Below, in pieces: positions 9,497-19,531 of a stretch of DNA of 64,000 bases; position 1 is the stretch's first letter, and each line of letters opens with the position of its first letter. The notes below the pieces were generated by a model. That model saw nothing but the letters and a program-made list of their open reading frames with translations. It was not told the DNA's origin and searched no databases. Source of the stretch: an uncultured Gemmataceae bacterium (lineage in GTDB: Bacteria > Planctomycetota > Planctomycetia > Gemmatales > Gemmataceae); the NCBI GenBank assembly GCA_963750165.1, contig CAVVPN010000012.1, positions 960,001-1,024,000 of the forward strand. Reading direction: 5' to 3'. The translations under genes and the position numbers were made by a program.

Positions 9497-10451
9497 TCAC
9501 GTCACTCCCGCCAGTTGCCGCACCCACGGCTTGGAATAATAGCGATCCCACGAATCCGCGAGCAGCGCCACCACGGGGCCGCGCACGTCGCCGCGTGCCG
9601 CCACCCGCAGCGCCGCCGCCACCGCCGTGCCCGACGAGCCGCCCACCAGCAGCCCCTCCTCGCGCAGCAGCCGGCCCGTCATCGCGAACGACTCCGCATC
9701 ACTGATCAGCTCCGCCGCGTCGAGCGCCGTCAGGTCGAGCGTCGCCGGCGGCACACTGGAGCCGATGCCCTCTACCTGGTAGGCCGCGTCCAGGTCGGGG
9801 TGGCGCGCGTCCACCAGGTGCGCCAGCCGCGAACCGACCGGGTCCGCCAGGACGATGCGCACGTGCGGCAGCAGCGGTTTCAGGTAGCGGCTGACGCCGG
9901 TCAGGGTGCCACCGGTGCCGGCCCCCGCCACGAACGCGCCGAGCTGGCCCTGCGTCTGGCGGAACAATTCCGGCCCGGTCGTCAGTTCGTGGACGCGCGG
10001 GTTGGCGGGGTTGGCGAACTGATCGGTCAAAAACCAGCCGTTTTCCGCGGCCAGGCGCTTCGCCACCTGCTGGAAGTTGCGCGGATCGTGCGGCGGCGCA
10101 TTCGCGGTCATCACCACCTGCGCCCAGCGCCGCCAGGGCGATGCGCTTATCGACGGACATCTTTTCGGGCATGACGCACACCAAACGGTAGCCGCGCGCC
10201 GCCGCGACCAGCGCCAGGCCGACGCCGGTGTTGCCCGCGGTGGCCTCGATGAGCGTGGCGCCCGGCTGCAGGACGCCACGCTGCTCGGCGTCCTCAACGA
10301 TGGCGCGGGCGATGCGATCCTTGACGCTGCCGCCGGGGTTGAGGTGCTCGCACTTGGCCAGCAACGGCACCGGCAGCCCGGCACCGATGCGCAGGAGCGG
10401 CACCAACGGGGTGTTGCCGATGTGGTCCAGAATGGTGGCGGCGGGGGACAT
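9497..10451 (-). CDS. Cysteine synthase / cystathionine beta-synthase family PLP enzyme, frameshift near 10122
   Basis: [18 protein letters not shown] and TAGNTG in one frame; QFANPAN, GAGTGGT, EGIG and GGSSG in the next. Confidence 0.88.
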
Positions 10452-10565
10452 GGCACTCTGGGGGGAAAATCACTCAATACGCCCCATTTTGCTTCTCATG
10501 GTACGCCTTTCCGTGAACGGTGAACGTTATATGCTTTTTTGTCTTCCTGGCGGTTCTTCTGCTTT

Positions 10566-12740
10566 TCAACTTTCCTGCAGCCGCCATTTCAGCGCTGTAT
10601 AGCGTCGGGCCGTGTCCTGCCGTTGCACCGCCAGCGTCAGTGCCTTGCCGCTGCCGACCAGCACCACCAACTTCTTGCCGCGCGTGATGGCGGTATAGAG
10701 CAGGTTGCGCTGCAACATCATGTAATGCTGCGTGTGCAGCGGAATCACCACCGCCGGGTATTCGCTACCCTGAGACTTGTGAATCGACAAACAGTACGCC
10801 AGGGCCAACTCGTCCAGTTCGCCGAAATCATAACTGACTGCCCGGTCCTCGAAGTCCACGACCAGTTCGCGCTCGTTGAGATCAATGGACTTGACGCGGC
10901 CAATATCTCCGTTAAAGACTTCCTTGTCGTAGTTGTTAACCGTCTGCAGCACCTTGTCGCCGACGCGGTACGTCCAGCCGTAGCGCTCCACCTCGGCGAC
11001 GCCGAGCTGCGCCGGGTTCAGCACCTCCTGCAACCGCGTGTTCAGGTGCCGCGCCCCCAGTTCGCTGCGGTTCATCGGCGTCAGCACCTGCACGTCGCGG
11101 AACGGGTCCAGGCCGAAGCGCGCCGGGATGCGTTCGCGCACCAGTTGAATGATCCGCTCCAGAATCGCGTCCGGCGTCGCCGCCTCAATGTGATAGAAGT
11201 CGGTGAGTTGCCCCGGTGGCCCAGACTCGGGCACCTCGCCCTGGTTGACCTGGTGCGCCGCCTGCACGATGCGACTGTGGCCGGCCTGGCGGAAGATTTC
11301 GGTCAGCCGTACCACCGGCACCGCCCCGGACGCGATCACATCCGCCAGCACCGCCCCCGGCCCAACCGACGGCAGTTGATCCACGTCGCCGACCAGCACC
11401 AGGCATGCCCAGCGCGGCACCGCCCGCGCCAGCTGGTTCATCAGCACCACGTCCACCATCGACGCCTCATCGACGATCAGCAAATCCACGTCAAGATGAT
11501 GTTCGCGGTCGCGCTTGAAGCCGCCCAGGCCCGGGTCGAACTCCAGCAGCCGGTGGATGGTCAACGCTTCGCGGCCCGTCGTCTCGCTCAGCCGTTTCGC
11601 CGCCCGGCCCGTCGGCGCACCCAACGCGCAGCGCAGGCCCTTTATCGAGAATATTTCAAGTATCCCTCTCACAATCGTCGTTTTTCCGGTGCCCGGGCCG
11701 CCGGTAACGACCAGCACTTTTTGCGTCGCCGCCTGGCGGACGGCCTCGCGCTGCGTCGGCGCCAGCGTCAGCCGCATTCGCTGCTCAATGGCCGCCAGCG
11801 CCGCGTCGAGATCCACGCGCGGCAGCGGGTGGACGCCCTGCTTCAACTCCTTCAGCGTCCGCGCCACGCCCTGCTCCGCCAGGAACAGCGTGGTCAGGTA
11901 CAGCCACGGCTCGTCCGCCTGACCCTGGCTCCACGGTTCGCGGATGAGGCTTTTGTCCTCGCGCAGACTCTCGACGGCGGCGCGAACGATGTCCGGCGGG
12001 ATGCCCGTCAACTGACCGGTCTGCTCGACGACGCCCTGCTCGGGATAGCCGCAGTGGCCCTGACTGCTCAGCTGCTGCAACACGTAGCGCAGCGCCGCGG
12101 CCGCCCGCAGCGGTGAGGCGCGGTCGATGCCGAGCTTCTCCGCCAGCTGGTCGGCGCTCTGGAAGCCAACGCCCCAGATATCCGTCGCCAGCCGATACGG
12201 ATTGCTGCGCACCAGGTCCACGGCCTGGTCGCCGTAGGTCTTGTAGATGCGCACCGCCCGCGCCGTGCCGACGCCGTGCTCCTGGAGGAAGATCATGATC
12301 GAGCGCACCGCCTTCTGCTCGCGCCAGCTTTCGCGGATACGCTGGATGCGCTTGGGGCCGATGCCCTTGATCTCCTGCAGGAACGCCGGGCTCTCGTCGA
12401 TGACCGCCAGGGTGCGTTCGCCGAACACCTCGACAATCTTGCGGGCGTAGTGCTTGCCGATGCCCTTGACCAGGCCGGACGCCAGGAAGCGTTCGATGCC
12501 TTGTTTGGTGTGCGGCGGCGTCGTGACCAGGCGCTCCGCCTTGAACTGCAAGCCGTGCTGACGGTCCTGCTGCCAGGTGCCCTCGGCCTCGACGTACTCG
12601 CCGGCAACGGCGCTGGCCAGGACGCCGACCACGGTTGCCAGGCCGCGGCGCCCGGCGACCTGGACGCGCAGTACCGCAAAACCCGTGTCCGGGTTGTGGA
12701 ACGTCACCGTCTCAATGGTGCCCGTCAGCGCTTCGCTCAT
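10566..12740 (-). CDS. recD2: ATP-dependent RecD2-like helicase
   Basis: HhH GIGPKR, TGGPGTGKT, DEASM, LVGDVDQLPSVG, HKSQGSEY, YTAITR. Confidence 0.95.
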   Translation of the reverse strand: MSEALTGTIETVTFHNPDTGFAVLRVQVAGRRGLATVVGVLASAVAGEYVEAEGTWQQDRQHGLQFKAERLVTTPPHTKQGIERFLASGLVKGIGKHYARKIVEVFGERTLAVIDESPAFLQEIKGIGPKRIQRIRESWREQKAVRSIMIFLQEHGVGTARAVRIYKTYGDQAVDLVRSNPYRLATDIWGVGFQSADQLAEKLGIDRASPLRAAAALRYVLQQLSSQGHCGYPEQGVVEQTGQLTGIPPDIVRAAVESLREDKSLIREPWSQGQADEPWLYLTTLFLAEQGVARTLKELKQGVHPLPRVDLDAALAAIEQRMRLTLAPTQREAVRQAATQKVLVVTGGPGTGKTTIVRGILEIFSIKGLRCALGAPTGRAAKRLSETTGREALTIHRLLEFDPGLGGFKRDREHHLDVDLLIVDEASMVDVVLMNQLARAVPRWACLVLVGDVDQLPSVGPGAVLADVIASGAVPVVRLTEIFRQAGHSRIVQAAHQVNQGEVPESGPPGQLTDFYHIEAATPDAILERIIQLVRERIPARFGLDPFRDVQVLTPMNRSELGARHLNTRLQEVLNPAQLGVAEVERYGWTYRVGDKVLQTVNNYDKEVFNGDIGRVKSIDLNERELVVDFEDRAVSYDFGELDELALAYCLSIHKSQGSEYPAVVIPLHTQHYMMLQRNLLYTAITRGKKLVVLVGSGKALTLAVQRQDTARRYTALKWRLQES

Positions 12741-12791
12741 GGTGTGATTGTAGCGGTTCGGGCCGCCGCCACGCATGTCAGCCGCCCTGGT

Positions 12792-12849
12792 CGTGGGGCC
12801 GACATTCCTGTCTGCCGGGTGCCCGGCAGACAGGAATGTCGGCCCCACG
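12792..12849. repeat. REP family D doublet (GTGGGGCNGACATTCCTGTCTGCC, inverted pair)
   Basis: Near-perfect palindrome starting GTGG; second copy inside mutS2. Confidence 0.88.
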
Positions 12850-12941
12850 ATAAAAAGGCTTGCCGGCCGCGCCGCGCGGCGTGAAGATAAAGAAGCGTAA
12901 CCCCTTGCCGGTCGCTCTTCGTTCCGCCCTGAGATGTTTCC

Positions 12942-14141
12942 ATGCCGATCAATGTGACCTGTACGAATTGCTCCACCACCTTGAAGGCGCCGGACACGGC
13001 GGCCGGCAAGCGAGTCAAGTGTCCGAAGTGCGCCGCCATCCTGGACGTGCCCGCCGCGCACGGGGTCGTGGTGGAACCGCGGCCCATCACCGTCAATGTG
13101 CCGCCACCCGTGCCGGAGGTGCCCGAGTTGGTCGAGCCGCCGATGGAGGACGAGCCGCGCCGCCGGAGCCCGCGCCGCGACCGCGACGAGGACGAGTATG
13201 ACGACGAGCCGCGCCGCCGTCAGCGCCCCGCTCCCGCGGCGGCCGGGGACGACAGCGGCGGCGCGCAGATGGGCCTGGGCATCGGCTCGCTGTGCGTCGG
13301 CATCATCTCCTGCTTGCTGGGGTTCATCCCCTGTGTGGGGATGTTCATCTCCATCCCGCTGGCGATCATCGGCCTGATCCTGGGAGTCGTCGGACTCATC
13401 CTGGCCCTGACCAACAAGAACAAGGGCCTGGGCATGCCCATCGCGGGCGCCGCGGTTAACGGCCTGGCGATCCTCATTGTCGTCGTCATGTGGACCGTGG
13501 TCTTCGCCTGGCTCGGCGTCACCACCAACCAGGCCGTGAACACGGCGATCGACCAGGCCAAGAAAATGCAGGAAGACGCCGAGCGGCGGAAACGGGAAGC
13601 GGAACAAAAAACCCAGGAGGAACGCAGGAAAAGCCAGGACAACCTGCGCCAACTGGCCCTGGCCATGCAATCCTACCACGCCACTTACAAGCGATTTCCC
13701 AGCGCCAACAAGAATGGCCTGAGCTGGCGCGTCGAATTGCTGCCCTATCTCGAACAGATCGAGTTATACCAGCGATTCCGGTTGAACGAGCCCTGGAACA
13801 GCCAGAATAACTTCCCGTTGCGCAACCAGATGCCCGAGGTGTACAAGCCGGTGCGCAAGGGCATCGGCAACACCCACACGTTTTACCAGGTGTTCGCCGG
13901 CAAGGACGGTCTGTTCCGCGCGGACAGGGACGTGCGCATGCCTCTCTCATTCCCGTTGGGCACGTCCAACACGTTTCTGATCGTGGAAGGCGACCAGACC
14001 GTGGAGTGGACCAGTCCCAACGACATCTATTACGATCAACAACGCCTCGTCCCCCGGTTCGGCCAGATGTTCGATAATGGCTTCAACGTGGCCCTGGCGG
14101 ACACCGACGTCCGTTGGTTCGACCGCAACGCCCTCAATTAA
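12942..14141 (+). CDS. Zn-ribbon + multi-TM + DUF1559-like domain protein; probable premature stop (frame continues to 14201)
   Basis: CTNC...CPKC, TM helices, NLRQLALAMQSY, LSWRVELLPYLEQ; NQLRAAIT follows the TAA in frame. Confidence 0.82.
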   Translation: MPINVTCTNCSTTLKAPDTAAGKRVKCPKCAAILDVPAAHGVVVEPRPITVNVPPPVPEVPELVEPPMEDEPRRRSPRRDRDEDEYDDEPRRRQRPAPAAAGDDSGGAQMGLGIGSLCVGIISCLLGFIPCVGMFISIPLAIIGLILGVVGLILALTNKNKGLGMPIAGAAVNGLAILIVVVMWTVVFAWLGVTTNQAVNTAIDQAKKMQEDAERRKREAEQKTQEERRKSQDNLRQLALAMQSYHATYKRFPSANKNGLSWRVELLPYLEQIELYQRFRLNEPWNSQNNFPLRNQMPEVYKPVRKGIGNTHTFYQVFAGKDGLFRADRDVRMPLSFPLGTSNTFLIVEGDQTVEWTSPNDIYYDQQRLVPRFGQMFDNGFNVALADTDVRWFDRNALN

Positions 14142-14230
14142 AACCAACTCCGGGCGGCGATCACGTCCGACCCGAACGGGCCGCCCTTGCCGCGAAAATA
14201 ACAAGACAATCTGAATCCCACGAGGCAACC

Positions 14231-15403
14231 ATGACCATTAGCGTGACCTGTGACGGCTGCGAACGGACCCTAAAAGCCCCGGACAGCACCGCCGGCCGCA
14301 AGATCAAGTGCCCGAAATGCGGCGCCGTTGTTCTCGTGCCCGAGCCGGACGAGGACGAGGAGGCGGCCTCCCCTGCCCTCAAAAAGGGTGCGGCTCCGGC
14401 TCAGCGCAAGCGCGCGGCGGCAGACGACGAAACGCCGCGCCGCAACGGCCGCCGGGACGAGGAGGATGAGGAAGACGAGACGCCGCGGCGCAAGAAGAAA
14501 AAGCGCAAGGCCCAGAAAAGCAGTCCCCTGCTGTGGGTGGGCATTGGCGGCGGCGTGCTGGCCTTGATTATCATCATCATCGTGATTCTGTTGCTCAACC
14601 GACCCGCGGCGCAGCCCCCCGCCAGGGACAACAAGGACGTGGCGAATCAGGACAAGAAAAAGGGCAAGGAACCGGTGGTGGAGCGGAAGCTAGACCTCGG
14701 GGCCGACGGCAAACTGGATTCGCCCAACAATGGGACCATCTCCGACTTTCACCAGAGCAAGGAAAACCTCCGCCAACTGGCCCTGGCGATGAAGACTTAC
14801 GAACTCGAACGGCGAAAGTTTCCAGGGGCCGCGATCCTTAGCAAGGACGGCAAGAAGACGCCGCTGTTGAGCTGGCGCGTCACCCTGCTGCCGTTCCTGG
14901 AGCAAGAGAACCTGTACCGGCAGTTCAAGCTGGACGAACCGTGGGACAGCGCGCACAACAAAAAACTGATTCAGTCGATGCCGAAGATCTATCAGCCGGT
15001 GCGGCGCGAGCACCCGGAGGGCGGCCGAACCTATTACCAGGTGCTCACGGGCAAATCGGGGCTCTTTGGGGAAGGGCGCGAGCCGCGCCCGAATCAGATC
15101 ACGGACGGCTCCTCCAATACGTTTTTGATTGTGGAAGGCATCGACCCGGTCGTGTGGACGAAGCCCGAAGATCTGGCGTATGACAACGAACTCAAGGGCG
15201 AAGCCGTCAAGAAAGAACCCGCGGCGAATTTCAAATTCAGGGGCGGTCAACCCGTGACCAAGATCGGGGGCATGTTTGCCAACGGCTTTTGCGCGGCCCT
15301 GGCGGACGGCCGCGCTGAGCGTTTCGCGCGGGAGATTCCCGCGTGGAAGATTCACGCGCTGATTACCTACAACGGTGGCGAAGTCTTCAACCTGGAGGAT
15401 TAA
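14231..15403 (+). CDS. Zn-ribbon + TM + DUF1559-like domain protein (paralog)
   Basis: CDGC...CPKC, one TM, NLRQLALAM, LSWRVTLLPFLEQ, ITDGSSNT, ALADG, ALITYNGGE. Confidence 0.87.
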   Translation: MTISVTCDGCERTLKAPDSTAGRKIKCPKCGAVVLVPEPDEDEEAASPALKKGAAPAQRKRAAADDETPRRNGRRDEEDEEDETPRRKKKKRKAQKSSPLLWVGIGGGVLALIIIIIVILLLNRPAAQPPARDNKDVANQDKKKGKEPVVERKLDLGADGKLDSPNNGTISDFHQSKENLRQLALAMKTYELERRKFPGAAILSKDGKKTPLLSWRVTLLPFLEQENLYRQFKLDEPWDSAHNKKLIQSMPKIYQPVRREHPEGGRTYYQVLTGKSGLFGEGREPRPNQITDGSSNTFLIVEGIDPVVWTKPEDLAYDNELKGEAVKKEPAANFKFRGGQPVTKIGGMFANGFCAALADGRAERFAREIPAWKIHALITYNGGEVFNLED

Positions 15404-15506
15404 GGTTGCGCTACCGCCACGGCGCGTCGGGTTCGCCTTGATATAGGACCGCTTCGGTCCTATTATCATAATGTCCTCCTGGGGCAGAACCTTCACCGGG
15501 CGCACC

Positions 15507-15974
15507 ATGACCCTGTTGCCGCGCAAAGTCGATTACGCCTTGCTGCTGCTGTGCTACCTGCGGCACCACCCCGAGGGCGCCTGCGCCCGCACCCTGGCGG
15601 ATCAACTCGCCCTGGGCCGACCGTTCGCCGCGAAGATTCTCAAACTCCTGTGCCGAACACGGTTTGTGGCGAGCCAGCGCGGCCTCAAGGGCGGCTATGT
15701 GCTGACGCCGGCCGCGGCGGGTCGCAGCCTGGCCGAGTTGCTCGACGCCCTGGACGACGGGTTCTTCCTGGCCGAGTGCAACCACGAGCCACCGGACACC
15801 TGCTGCGCCCTGTACGAGCGTTGCCCGGTCAAGGGGCCGATTGCCGAGGTGCATCGTCGGCTGCGGGAGGTGCTGGAACAGGTGACACTGGGAGAATTGT
15901 TCGCGCCGGGCGGCACCGTGATGAGGCTGCAACTGGACACGTCACGCTGCGAGGGGGCGGCGGTGTCCGTTTAG
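15507..15974 (+). CDS. Rrf2 family transcriptional regulator (IscR-like)
   Basis: VDYAL, SQRGLKGGYVL, C-terminal Cys cluster; upstream of iscS. Confidence 0.9.
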   Translation: MTLLPRKVDYALLLLCYLRHHPEGACARTLADQLALGRPFAAKILKLLCRTRFVASQRGLKGGYVLTPAAAGRSLAELLDALDDGFFLAECNHEPPDTCCALYERCPVKGPIAEVHRRLREVLEQVTLGELFAPGGTVMRLQLDTSRCEGAAVSV

Positions 15975-16127
15975 AGCGGTTCACAGCCGCGTGGATCACG
16001 CCCCGTAGGACGGCTCTCCAGAGCCGTCTCCGAGACAAGGACGGCTCTCCAGAGCCGTCTCCGAGACAAGGACGGCTCTCCAGAGCCGTCCCACAGGCTG
16101 TGCGCAAACCAAGTGTGAACGGCTCTA
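15972..16127. mobile_element. MITE-like element with 14-bp terminal inverted repeats enclosing a REP array
   Basis: TAGAGCGGTTCACA (15972-15985) and TGTGAACGGCTCTA (16114-16127), one mismatch. Confidence 0.5.
16005..16094. repeat. REP family A: three tandem GGACGGCTCTCCAGAGCCGTC hairpins, 31-bp period
   Basis: GTAG leader followed by hairpin; family also at 21367 and 40627-40910. Confidence 0.9.
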
Positions 16128-16137
16128 GGACGGAGGA

Positions 16138-16255
16138 TTTCACCACGGAGAACGCAGAGCACGCAGAGAAAAGACAACAGAGGATCCACAGATGACGCAG
16201 ATGGAACACAGATAAAGACATTTGAATTGGTCTTTATCTGTGTCATCTGTGGATC
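16138..16255. repeat. 9-nt-periodic repeat family E (one half arm plus an inverted pair)
   Basis: TTTCACCACGGAGAACGCAGAGCACGCAGAG; ATCCACAGATGACGCAGAT...ATCTGTGTCATCTGTGGAT. Confidence 0.75.
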
Positions 16256-16280
16256 GATTCCTCGTCAGGACGGGGTTGCG

Positions 16281-17501
16281 ATGGTGACCTTGCCGATCTA
16301 CCTGGACAACAACGCCACGACACTCTGCGATCCGCGCGTCGTCGAGGCGCTGTTGCCCTATTTCGGTGAGGAGTACGGCAACGCCGCCAGCCGGCACCAC
16401 ATCTTCGGCCAGCGCGCCGAGGCGGCGGTGGAGCGGGGCCGCGAACAGGTGGCACAACTGATCGGCGCCGCGGCGAAGGAGATCGTCTTCACCAGCGGCG
16501 CCACCGAGGCGAACAACCTGGCCCTCAAGGGCGCGACCGCGATGCTGCGGCGGCAGGGCAACCACCTGGTCACGACGCAGACCGAGCACAAGGCGGTCCT
16601 GGACGTGTGCAAGCGGTTGCAGCGCGACGGCTGCGCGGTGACGTATCTGCCGGTCGATGGCCACGGCCGCGTCAGTGCTGAGCAGGTCGCCGCGGCGCTG
16701 ACGGAGCGCACTGTCCTGGTCAGCGTCATGGCGGCGAATAACGAAATCGGCACACTGCAACCAATCGCGGCGATTGGCCGGCTGTGCAAGGAGCGCGGCG
16801 TACTGTTGCACTGCGACGCGGCGCAGGCCGCCGGCAAGGTGCCGCTGGACGTGGAGGCGCTGGGCGTCGATCTGCTGAGCGTCAGCGCTCACAAGCTGTA
16901 CGGTCCCAAGGGTGTCGGGGCGCTGTACGTGCGCCGCCGCAATCCCCATGTACGTCTGGAACCGCTGCTCGACGGCGGCGGCCACGAGCGCGGCATGCGC
17001 AGTGGTACGCTGCCGGTGCCGTTGATCGTCGGCCTTGGCATGGCCTGCGATTTGTGTGGTGAAGAACTGCCCACGGAGGCCGAACGGCTGACGCGGTTGC
17101 GCGAGCGGCTGCGGCAGGGCATCCAGAGCCAGGTGACGGAGACGCGCCTGAACGGCCACCCAACGGAGCGGCTGCCGAACAACCTCAACCTGAGCTTCGC
17201 CCACGTCCACGGTGAGGCGCTGCTGATGGGGCTGCAGGACGTGGCGGTCAGTTCCGGCTCGGCGTGCACGTCGGCGAACGTGGAGCCGAGCTATGTGCTA
17301 CGGGCCATCGGACTGGACGACGAGCTGGCGCACGCCAGCCTGCGCTTCGGCCTGGGGCGGTTCACGACGGAGGAGGAAGTCGATTACACCGTGACGGCCG
17401 TGGCGCGCGTGGTGGCGCGGCTGCGGGCGCTCAGTCCGAGTTACGCGCTCGCCCAGAGGGATAAGGTTGCGATCACCGGCCCGGCGTGCGGGCCGCCTTG
17501 A
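16281..17501 (+). CDS. iscS: Cysteine desulfurase
   Basis: [36 protein letters not shown]. Confidence 0.95.
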   Translation: MVTLPIYLDNNATTLCDPRVVEALLPYFGEEYGNAASRHHIFGQRAEAAVERGREQVAQLIGAAAKEIVFTSGATEANNLALKGATAMLRRQGNHLVTTQTEHKAVLDVCKRLQRDGCAVTYLPVDGHGRVSAEQVAAALTERTVLVSVMAANNEIGTLQPIAAIGRLCKERGVLLHCDAAQAAGKVPLDVEALGVDLLSVSAHKLYGPKGVGALYVRRRNPHVRLEPLLDGGGHERGMRSGTLPVPLIVGLGMACDLCGEELPTEAERLTRLRERLRQGIQSQVTETRLNGHPTERLPNNLNLSFAHVHGEALLMGLQDVAVSSGSACTSANVEPSYVLRAIGLDDELAHASLRFGLGRFTTEEEVDYTVTAVARVVARLRALSPSYALAQRDKVAITGPACGPP

Positions 17502-17536
17502 GGTCGCGGTAACATCGCCCACAGGAGAGGTTTGAC

Positions 17537-18016
17537 ATGAGCATTGTGGTTACGGAAAAGGCCGCCAAGGCGGTCAAGCGGATCATCAACGAACAGCAGC
17601 AAGCAAGTCTGACGCCGGAACTGGTGCCGGTCTTTCAGGAAGTGCTGGCCCAGAATGGCGGCCGGCCGCCGGTGCTGAACGAACTGGCCGAGAAGGCTGG
17701 CGTCAGCGTCGAGGAGCTGAATCAGAAGCTGGGCCAGAACGCCGCGGCGTTCGGCAAGATTCACCTGCGCATGCGTGTGGTCGGCGGCGGTTGCAGCGGC
17801 TTCAAGCACAAGCTGGACCTGGACCCTGTCGTCAACGACAAGCTCGACGAGGTGTTCGAGATGCACGGTGTGCCGGTCGTCATCGACAAGCGCAGCATGA
17901 TGTACCTGGAGGGCGTGACAGTCGATTACCACGACGACATGAACCAGCCGGGTTTCAGCATCCAGAACCCCAGCGCCAAAGGCACCTGCGGCTGCGGCAG
18001 TTCGTTCTCGATGTGA
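17537..18016 (+). CDS. iscA: IscA/HesB Fe-S carrier with a ~50-aa insertion
   Basis: GGGCSG and CGCGSSF motifs. Confidence 0.88.
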   Translation: MSIVVTEKAAKAVKRIINEQQQASLTPELVPVFQEVLAQNGGRPPVLNELAEKAGVSVEELNQKLGQNAAAFGKIHLRMRVVGGGCSGFKHKLDLDPVVNDKLDEVFEMHGVPVVIDKRSMMYLEGVTVDYHDDMNQPGFSIQNPSAKGTCGCGSSFSM

Positions 18017-18025
18017 GCGCTCTTT

Positions 18026-18057
18026 CTCCCCTCGCCCCCTGAAGGGGGCGAGGGGAG
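18026..18057. terminator. GC-rich hairpin between convergent iscA and glnA
   Basis: CTCCCCTCGCCCCCT-GA-AGGGGGCGAGGGGAG; no clear U-tract. Confidence 0.5.
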
Positions 18058-18064
18058 TCAAGCT

Positions 18065-19477
18065 CTAAATGTCGTAGTACAGCATGAACTCATAGGGGTG
18101 GGGCCGCAGGCGGATGGCGTCCACCTCCTTCTCGCGCTTGTACCAGATCCAGGTGCTAATCACGTCGGGCGTGAACACGTCGCCCTGCAGCAAGAACTCG
18201 TGGTCCTTTTCCAGCGCCGCCAGCGCTTCTTCCAGCGAACCGGGCGTCTTCGGCACCTTCGCCAGTTCCTCCGGTTCCAGGTCGTAAATGTCCTTGTCGA
18301 GCGGTTCGCCCGGCTTCATCTTGCCCTTGATGCCGTCCAGCATCGCCATGAGCATCGCCGAGAACGCCAGGTACGGATTGCTGGAGCCGTCCGGACAGCG
18401 GAACTCCAGCCGCTTGGCCTTGGGGCTCGGCGAGTACACCGGGATGCGAAGCGCCGCGGAGCGGTTGCGGCGGCTGTACGCCAGGTTCACCGGCGCCTCG
18501 TAGCCCGGCACCATGCGCTTGTAACTGTTCGTCGTCGGGTTGGTGATGGCGCACAGCGCGGGAGCGTGCCGCAGCAAACCGCCGATGGCGTACATGGCCA
18601 TGTCCGACAGTCCCGCGTAACCGCTGCCAGCGTACAGGTTGACGCCGTTCTTCCACAGCGACGTGTGGACGTGCATGCCGCTGCCGTTGTCCATGAAGAT
18701 CGGCTTGGGCATGAACGTGGCAGTCTTGCCGTGCCGCCGGGCCACGTTCTTGACGACATACTTGTACTTGAGCACGTTGTCGGCCATCTCCACCAGCGGC
18801 GCGAAACGCATGTCGATCTCGCCCTGGCCGCCGGTCGCCACCTCGTGGTGCTGCGCCTCGACCTTCAGGCCGCACTCGATCATCGTCAACATCATCTCGC
18901 TGCGCAGGTCGTGCAGGGCGTCGGCCGGCGGCACCGGGAAGTAGCCCTCCTTGTAGCGCAGCTTGTAACCGAGGTTCGGCCGTTCGTCGCGGCCGGTGTT
19001 CCACGCCCCCTCCACGCTGTCGAGGTAGTAGTAGCCGGAGTGCTGGTTCTGGTCGAAGCGCACGTCGTCGAAGACGAAGAACTCCAGCTCCGGCCCGAAG
19101 TAGGCGGTGTCGGCGATGCCGGTGGACTTCATGTAGTTGACGGCCTTGCGAGCGACGTTGCGCGGGTCGCGCGAGTAATCCTCCTTGGTCAGCGGGTCCT
19201 GGATGTTGCAGACCATCGTCAGCGTCACGTCCTTGCAGAACGGATCGAGGAAGGCCGTCTCCGGCACCGGGATGACGAGCATGTCCGACTCGTTGATGGC
19301 GACCCAGCCACGAATGCTGGAGCCGTCGAAACCGAGGCCCTCTTCAAAGGTGTGCTCGGTCAGGGTGTCGGCGGGGATGGTGAAGTGCTGCCAGAGGCCG
19401 GGGAAGTCCATGAAGCGGAGATCAACCGCTTTGACTTCTTTCTCGCGGATCAGTGCCAGGATTTCTCGAGGTGTCAC
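18065..19477 (-). CDS. glnA: Glutamine synthetase type I
   Basis: [44 protein letters not shown] start. Confidence 0.97.
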   Translation of the reverse strand: MTPREILALIREKEVKAVDLRFMDFPGLWQHFTIPADTLTEHTFEEGLGFDGSSIRGWVAINESDMLVIPVPETAFLDPFCKDVTLTMVCNIQDPLTKEDYSRDPRNVARKAVNYMKSTGIADTAYFGPELEFFVFDDVRFDQNQHSGYYYLDSVEGAWNTGRDERPNLGYKLRYKEGYFPVPPADALHDLRSEMMLTMIECGLKVEAQHHEVATGGQGEIDMRFAPLVEMADNVLKYKYVVKNVARRHGKTATFMPKPIFMDNGSGMHVHTSLWKNGVNLYAGSGYAGLSDMAMYAIGGLLRHAPALCAITNPTTNSYKRMVPGYEAPVNLAYSRRNRSAALRIPVYSPSPKAKRLEFRCPDGSSNPYLAFSAMLMAMLDGIKGKMKPGEPLDKDIYDLEPEELAKVPKTPGSLEEALAALEKDHEFLLQGDVFTPDVISTWIWYKREKEVDAIRLRPHPYEFMLYYDI

Positions 19478-19497
19478 GGCCGATGGCCTTTCTTGAT

Positions 19498-19526
19498 CGT
19501 GGCACAGGCGGGACGCCTGTGCCACG
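19498..19526. repeat. REP-like palindrome CGTGGCACAGGCG-GGA-CGCCTGTGCCACG
   Basis: 13-bp perfect arms with GTGG leader. Confidence 0.65.
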
Positions 19527-19531
19527 GGGGA

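Noticed and set aside
2..12740. Competence or recombination cluster (dprA, recD2, with mutS2 further away)
   Set aside because: The genes are far apart and separated by unrelated operons
12741..13679. N-terminal extension of RecD2 in ORF 10566..13679
   Set aside because: Antisense to the Zn-ribbon gene and runs through a REP
16005..16094. CRISPR array
   Set aside because: The intervening 10-nt segments are identical and too short for spacers; no cas genes; the unit is a dispersed REP
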